A DNA stretch of 64,000 nucleotides from an uncultured Bacilli bacterium (GTDB lineage Bacteria > Bacillota_I > Bacilli_A > RF39 > UBA660): positions 76,878-140,877 of the forward strand of contig CAKORY010000001.1 of NCBI GenBank assembly GCA_934101795.1, in the 5' to 3' direction. The notes under the pieces are model-generated. The model did no database searches and was not told where the DNA came from. It saw nothing but the letters and a program-made list of their open reading frames with translations. The position numbers and the translations under genes are program-made. Positions 58,819 through 64,000 of the stretch are shown here, in pieces; position 1 is the stretch's first letter; each line of letters starts with the position of its first letter.

Positions 58819-59457
58819 ATGAATAAAAAGACAAGAAATATTATTTTAGGGTTATATGTGGTAGCACTTCTTACTTTAGTAACTGGGGCAACATATGCAT
58901 ACTTTACAATGGTTAGGGTGGCTCATGTATCCCCTAAATTAGAAGCAAAAACTGCAACACTTAATTATATGCTTTTTGATGCTGGAAATCCTATAAGTAT
59001 TTATCCTGATACTTTTAATTTTGCAGAAGGAATGGGTAATTTATCATCAGAAACATTTGCAAGAGTGTATTTAAGACATAGTGAAGGTGATATAGCTGCT
59101 AGTGTTAAATATAATTTGTTTTTAAATATTGAAAGCAATACTTTAACTTATTCAACACCTTCAGAAAAACCTGAATTAATACTTGAAGTTAAAGATTATA
59201 ATGGAAATGAAGTAACTAGTATTGAAGGTTTAAATTATGTAAGTGTAGTTGATGGTAAAGGTAATACTATTAAAGGCTTTGATATAACTACCACAACTGG
59301 TAAATATTATATAACTAAAAATAGAGAAATAACCACAGATACTGAACTTACAGAAAGATGGAATGCTAAAGTTACTTATGTTAATTTAAGTGAAAATCAA
59401 AATAATAATTTAGAAAAAGAATTAAAGGGTTATATACGTATAGAAAAGGCGGAATAG
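58819..59457 (+). CDS. TasA/camelysin-like secreted protein with a SipW-cognate-like signal peptide
   Basis: The signal is MNKKTRNIILGLYVVALLTLVTGATYAYF. The product is about 210 aa, like TasA/CalY. It is homologous to the N-domain of ORF 39378 (PELILEVKDYNGNEVTSIEGLNYVSV..GNTIKGFDITTTTG). Confidence 0.5.
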   Translation: MNKKTRNIILGLYVVALLTLVTGATYAYFTMVRVAHVSPKLEAKTATLNYMLFDAGNPISIYPDTFNFAEGMGNLSSETFARVYLRHSEGDIAASVKYNLFLNIESNTLTYSTPSEKPELILEVKDYNGNEVTSIEGLNYVSVVDGKGNTIKGFDITTTTGKYYITKNREITTDTELTERWNAKVTYVNLSENQNNNLEKELKGYIRIEKAE

Positions 59458-59458
59458 T

Positions 59459-59851
59459 ATGACTTTAGAAGAAAAAAAACAACAATATCAAAAAATTTTA
59501 GTTGAAGAATATCGTAGTAGTCATCCAGAAGAAACTGAAGGATTAACTGATGAAGAAGTAACTTTAATGAATCCTATTACCGATGCTGATTTTACATTTC
59601 TTATAGGAAATGAGTTAAGTAAAATTAAAGCAGAAATTGATGGATTATTAGAAGATATTCAATATAGCGAAAGTATGATAAATACTATCGGAACTCGTTA
59701 TGATGTAAAAGCTGAGTTACAAAATGATATAGTTTATGCTAGAAGAAGAAATGCTGAATTAGAAAAAAAACGTGAAAGTTTACAAAAACAATATGATGAG
59801 TTAAGAAGTATTTGGTTTGAAAGAGATATTAATGATGAAAGAAATAGATAA
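59459..59851 (+). CDS. hypothetical coiled-coil protein
   Basis: It follows the TasA-like gene with a 1-nt gap. Confidence 0.4.
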   Translation: MTLEEKKQQYQKILVEEYRSSHPEETEGLTDEEVTLMNPITDADFTFLIGNELSKIKAEIDGLLEDIQYSESMINTIGTRYDVKAELQNDIVYARRRNAELEKKRESLQKQYDELRSIWFERDINDERNR

Positions 59852-60692
59852 TTTTTTATATTTTTTAAAAAAAGAATTAAATTATTCAGATTATACTATT
59901 AAAAATTATCAGTTAGATTTAACTGATTTTTTTAAATATGTTAATAAAAGTAATATAGATTTTTTAAATATAAAAAATACTCATGTAAGAGGATATCTTA
60001 AATATTTGGATACATGTAATTTGAAAAATACTACTATATCTAGAAGAATAAGTGCTCTTAGAACATTTTATAATTATTTACTTGAAAAAGGATTTGTTAA
60101 AAGTAATATATTTTTAAATGTAAAAAATCCTAAATTGGAAAAGAAACTTCCTAATTATTTGAATTATACTGAAATAGAAGAATTACTTGCATCTATTGAT
60201 ACGAGTAATTATGAGGGATTAGAAAGAAGACTATTAGTTGAAATGTTTTATTCAACTGGTTGTCGGGTTGGGGAAATGGTAAATATTAAAATAAGTGATA
60301 TTGATTTTAGTAGTAAAACTATTAAAGTAATGGGTAAGGGAAGTAAAGAAAGAATTGTATATTATGGTGACTATGCAAGTAAGTATTTGGAAGATTATTT
60401 AAAAAATAAAGATAGAAAAGGATATTTATTTACAAATAAAAGGGGAGAAAAATTAACTATAGAAGAAGTTGAGTATATTGTTAGGGATATTATGAAACAT
60501 ATTTCTATTAAGACTCATGTTACACCTCATGCTCTTAGACATACATTTGCAACTCACTTACTTAATAATGGCGCAGATATTAGAACTGTTCAAGAACTTC
60601 TTGGTCATGCTAATTTAAGCACAACTGGTATTTATACTCATGTTTCTAGTGATAGATTAAAAGATGTATATTTTAAAACTTTTAAAAGATAA
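59832..60692 (+). CDS. tyrosine site-specific recombinase XerC/XerD family
   Basis: An N-terminal SAM-like domain is present. The catalytic motifs are HALRHTFATHLL and LGHANLSTTGIYTHV. Confidence 0.8.
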   Translation: MMKEIDNFLYFLKKELNYSDYTIKNYQLDLTDFFKYVNKSNIDFLNIKNTHVRGYLKYLDTCNLKNTTISRRISALRTFYNYLLEKGFVKSNIFLNVKNPKLEKKLPNYLNYTEIEELLASIDTSNYEGLERRLLVEMFYSTGCRVGEMVNIKISDIDFSSKTIKVMGKGSKERIVYYGDYASKYLEDYLKNKDRKGYLFTNKRGEKLTIEEVEYIVRDIMKHISIKTHVTPHALRHTFATHLLNNGADIRTVQELLGHANLSTTGIYTHVSSDRLKDVYFKTFKR

Positions 60693-60756
60693 ATATATTT
60701 AATGACTTTTTATTAGAGATTTGATATAATACAAATATGTTTGAAGGAGTAGTATT

Positions 60757-62334
60757 ATGCATAGTGTGTTAAGTAAATATTATAATTATTTCTTTTTGAT
60801 TGTAATATTATTTTATAATTTGTTTCCAAAGAAAGTAAGACCTTATGTCTTATTATTATCTAGTTTGTTATTTTTTTATTTGTTAAGTGGTTGGAGAGTT
60901 TTGTTTATTGTAATTACAATAATAACTATTTATTTAAGCACCTTATGGATGGAGAAAATAGATGATAAGAAAAATATTGAATTAAGTAATTGTAATAGTG
61001 ATGATAAAAAGAGTATCAAAGAAAAATATAAAAGACAAAAAAGATTAGTTTTAATACTTTGTTTATTAATTAATGTATCTTTCTTATTTGTATTTAAATA
61101 CTTAAAGTTTTTTACAATTAATATTAATTTATTACTTAATTTATTTAATGCTGGTTATGAGTTTAGTATACTTAGATTAATTGCTCCGATTGGAATATCT
61201 TTTTATACATTACAAGCTTTATCATACCTTTTTGATGTTTATAATGGTAAAATAGAAGCTGATAAAAATTTCTTTAGAGTAGCACTTTTTATGTCTTTCT
61301 TTCCAAGTATTATGGAAGGTCCAATTACAAGATATAGTGATACTGCAGAAGATTTGTTTAAGGGAAATAAAATAACATATCAAAATTTATGTTTTGGTTT
61401 ACAAAGAATATTATGGGGATTATTTAAGAAAATAGTTATAGCAGATAGACTTAATATTCTTGTTAAAACAGTATTTAGTGGTTATATGGAATATTCTGGT
61501 CCAGTTATATTCTTAGGAGCTTTATCATACACCATTATGCTTTATATGGATTTTTCTGGTGCTATGGATGTTGTATGTGGTATTGGAAATATCTTTAATG
61601 TAAATGTTCCTGAAAACTTTAAACAACCATTTTTTAGTAAAAATATATCTGAATTTTGGACAAGATGGCACATTAGTTTAGGAACATGGTTTAAAGATTA
61701 TATTTATTATCCAACATCACTATCTAAACCAATGAAGAAAATGACTAATAGCTTAAGAAAGTTACTAGGTAATCATTATGGACCTTTATTAAGTGGGACA
61801 GTTGCTCTTTTAGTGGTATGGCTCTTGAATGGTTTATGGCATGGAGCAGGTTGGACATATATTTTATTTGGTTTATATCATTTTGTTATGATTTCAATTG
61901 GTAATATTTCAAGAACGCCTTTTAATAAGTTATATGTTAAATTAAATATTCAAAATAGTAAAATACTTAAAGGGTTACAAATAATTAAAACAATATTTTT
62001 AGTTATTTTAGGTGAACTAATCTTTAGGGCAGAAACTGTAAATAGTGCCTTTATAATGATTAAAAAAATATTTACAAGTTATAAAGTTAGTTCATGGGAA
62101 ATTTCAAGTCTAGGGCTTGATGTGCCAGATTTATTTATTCTTATAGTTGCTTTAATAGCTATATTTGTAATAAGTGTTTTAAGAGAAAAAGGTATTTCAG
62201 TAAGAGAAAAACTTGCAAATAAAAATATAGTCTTTAGATGGTTTATTTATTATTTGTTAATATTCTCAATTATTATTTTTGGTGCTTTTGGTCCTGGATA
62301 TGCTCCGGTTGATCCAATATATGCAGATTTTTAA
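60757..62334 (+). CDS. MBOAT-family membrane O-acyl/acetyltransferase (DltB/AlgI/PatA-like)
   Basis: The product is multi-TM. It has FYTLQALSYLFDVY and the conserved His region WRRWHISLGTWFKDYIYYP. Confidence 0.8.
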   Translation: MHSVLSKYYNYFFLIVILFYNLFPKKVRPYVLLLSSLLFFYLLSGWRVLFIVITIITIYLSTLWMEKIDDKKNIELSNCNSDDKKSIKEKYKRQKRLVLILCLLINVSFLFVFKYLKFFTININLLLNLFNAGYEFSILRLIAPIGISFYTLQALSYLFDVYNGKIEADKNFFRVALFMSFFPSIMEGPITRYSDTAEDLFKGNKITYQNLCFGLQRILWGLFKKIVIADRLNILVKTVFSGYMEYSGPVIFLGALSYTIMLYMDFSGAMDVVCGIGNIFNVNVPENFKQPFFSKNISEFWTRWHISLGTWFKDYIYYPTSLSKPMKKMTNSLRKLLGNHYGPLLSGTVALLVVWLLNGLWHGAGWTYILFGLYHFVMISIGNISRTPFNKLYVKLNIQNSKILKGLQIIKTIFLVILGELIFRAETVNSAFIMIKKIFTSYKVSSWEISSLGLDVPDLFILIVALIAIFVISVLREKGISVREKLANKNIVFRWFIYYLLIFSIIIFGAFGPGYAPVDPIYADF

Positions 62335-62343
62335 GGAGGTAAA

Positions 62344-63270
62344 ATGAAAAATTTATTTAAAAGTGTTATTTTTATAGCAATATTTATTTTTCTATATTAT
62401 GGTTTTTCATATTTACTTTTACCTAAAGAAAACATTAAAGAATTTGGTTTAATTAAAACGAGTGAGTATGAAATACTTGGTGAGGCTAAAAATTCTGTTG
62501 ATGCCATTATTGTTGGTGATAGTCTTGTTTATTCATCTGTTATACCAATGGAAATATACGGAAAGTATGGCTATACTGTCTTTGATTGTGCAGAAGCTGC
62601 TTTTATACTTCCGGATGCTTATGACTATTATAAGGTTGCTATGGAAAGTCAAAAGCCAAAGGTGGCAATACTTGGTGGAAATATGTTTTTTAGAAATACT
62701 AGAAAAAGAAAATGGTATGTAAAATATGAAAGGGCTTTAAAAAAAGCTATGCCTCTTTTAAATTATCATAATAATTGGAAAAATGTATTGTTTTCTGATT
62801 ATGGTATAATGAGTATTCAAAAAGGATATAAGTTAAATAAAACTATTAAGTCTGGTCAGTTTTTAGATTATATGAAAGAAAATGATAAAGAATATGTTAT
62901 GATTGAAAGCAATCTAGAATATTTAAAAAAGTTTGTAGATTTGGCTAAAGAATATAATACTAAACTTATAATAATAGGTTTTCCTTCACAAAACTCATGG
63001 AATTATCAAAGAGATAAAAAGTTTAATGAATTAAGTAAAGAATTAGGTTTTACCTTTATAAATTTAAATAAATATGATTTAAATATAAATTGGAAAACTG
63101 ATACTAAAGATGAGGGAGGTCACTTAAATTACTTTGGAGCTTTAAAAGCATCAAATGTAATAGGTAATCTTCTAAAAGATACTAATCTTTTAGAAGATCA
63201 TCGTGGTGATAAAAATTATAAACTTTGGGATACAGCATATTTAAGATATAAAGAAGAAGTAGAAAAGTAA
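62344..63270 (+). CDS. SGNH/GDSL-hydrolase-fold partner of the MBOAT (PatB/AlgJ-like O-acetyltransferase, putative)
   Basis: An N-terminal TM anchor is present. Block I is IIVGDSLVYS (GDSL Ser). Block V is DEGGHLN (DxxH). Confidence 0.5.
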   Translation: MKNLFKSVIFIAIFIFLYYGFSYLLLPKENIKEFGLIKTSEYEILGEAKNSVDAIIVGDSLVYSSVIPMEIYGKYGYTVFDCAEAAFILPDAYDYYKVAMESQKPKVAILGGNMFFRNTRKRKWYVKYERALKKAMPLLNYHNNWKNVLFSDYGIMSIQKGYKLNKTIKSGQFLDYMKENDKEYVMIESNLEYLKKFVDLAKEYNTKLIIIGFPSQNSWNYQRDKKFNELSKELGFTFINLNKYDLNINWKTDTKDEGGHLNYFGALKASNVIGNLLKDTNLLEDHRGDKNYKLWDTAYLRYKEEVEK

Positions 63271-63282
63271 GGAGGTTTAAAT

Positions 63283-63750
63283 ATGTTTAAAAAATGGAAA
63301 GGTTATGTACTTGATGTACAAGGAATGATTTATTGGAAAAGAACTTTAGATGAAAGTGGCAATGATGTTTTTGTGAAAACAAAATTAAATGAGCCTTTTG
63401 AACTTTATATAGAACTATTAAAGGTAAGAGATGGTTTTTATAAAGCATTAGATGTAGTTACTGGAAGAGAATTTGCAATTGTTGAAAATAATGGTTTATT
63501 TATGTTATTACCAAGTTTAATCGGTTTTAATAAAACAGCTATTTCCAAAAATGTAAATGTATTTGATAAATCTGCAGATATTGTTGGTGATGAAGAAAGA
63601 GAAAACTATTATACCAATATATCAGAAGATATTTTAAGCCATACATATTTTTGTGAAAAAATAAGTAATGAAAAAGGTATATCTGTAGTGCCAATAAATA
63701 TGCTAAAAGAAGAATTAGCTTTAAAAAGAAAAAAATTTAAGAGAAGATAA
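63283..63750 (+). CDS. hypothetical protein
   Basis: The ORF has a GGAGG RBS. I recognise no family. Confidence 0.4.
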   Translation: MFKKWKGYVLDVQGMIYWKRTLDESGNDVFVKTKLNEPFELYIELLKVRDGFYKALDVVTGREFAIVENNGLFMLLPSLIGFNKTAISKNVNVFDKSADIVGDEERENYYTNISEDILSHTYFCEKISNEKGISVVPINMLKEELALKRKKFKRR

Positions 63751-63757
63751 AAATAAT

Positions 63758-63786
63758 AAAAGTACTTGATAAGCAAGTACTTTTAT
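63758..63786. terminator. bidirectional terminator (AAGTACTTG-ATAAG-CAAGTACTT)
   Basis: A 9-bp stem flanked by A-rich and T-rich runs, lying between convergent genes. Confidence 0.75.
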
Positions 63787-63792
63787 GTTTGA

Positions 63793-64000
63793 TTAATATT
63801 CAGTTTCATATAAATCAATATATTCTTCCAAAGTTAATTTATTATCATAAATAATTTTAGCAGCATCAGTGCCAACATAACGTATGTGCCAATTTTCAAA
63901 TTGATATAGTGTTATGTTTTCTTTATTTTCTGGGAATCTAATAATAAATCCATATTTGTAAGCATTATTTTCTAGCCATGTATAATTTTCATCTGTAAGT
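63793..64000 (-). CDS. D-alanyl-D-alanine carboxypeptidase, VanY/peptidase M15B-like (3' part only; continues beyond the window)
   Basis: The minus-strand translation ends ...LTDENYTWLENNAYKYGFIIRFPENKENITLYQFENWHIRYVGTDAAKIIYDNKLTLEEYIDLYETEY*, which is the VanY C-terminal signature (W..A.KYGF..R.P..KE...EPWH.RYVG). Confidence 0.6.
   Translation of the reverse strand, partial: LTDENYTWLENNAYKYGFIIRFPENKENITLYQFENWHIRYVGTDAAKIIYDNKLTLEEYIDLYETEY

Overview
This is an AT-rich (about 28-30% GC) Firmicutes chromosomal segment. Its core gene order is strongly Bacillus-like: dnaD-nth, ponA-recU, gpsB-rnpB, rodZ-pgsA, tkt-sirA-like-yneF, cdsA-rseP, rplS-lepB-rbgA-rnhB, topA, a compact addB/addA, nusB-xseA-xseB, and proS. 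Sporulation markers are present: a SpoVIF-like gene, a two-domain GerM-like gene, a GerE-like regulator, and a SpoIIIAH-like gene. Together these point to a spore-forming low-GC lineage, possibly Erysipelotrichia or an AT-rich Bacilli relative, but that placement is a guess.

Several accessory insertions interrupt this conserved backbone:
- An island of about 6.4 kb lies between lepB and rbgA. It carries a Bro-N protein, a single-polypeptide OLD/Gabija/PARIS-like ABC-ATPase plus Toprim nuclease, a large serine recombinase whose reading frame is broken by an in-frame TGA at the conserved Trp codon, and a RhuM-family protein.
- A DinD homolog sits between xseA and xseB. After xseB come three tandem paralogous membrane proteins of unknown function whose 3' ends are near-identical at the nucleotide level.
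- A stand-alone TnpB (IS1341-like) with its presumptive omega-RNA is inserted between nth and ponA.
- A strong type I toxin-antitoxin candidate lies downstream of pgsA. It consists of a 27-aa hydrophobic peptide whose 5' and 3' UTRs are complementary over long range, plus a convergent terminator-ended antisense RNA.
- A family of three TasA/camelysin-like secreted proteins carries a 'GATYAYF' SipW-cognate-like signal. The 3' end of one of them is replaced by a sharply GC-rich foreign patch.
- A 32-bp tandem repeat array follows topA.

Clear RNA genes are tRNA-Arg(TCT) on the minus strand and a type-B RNase P RNA.
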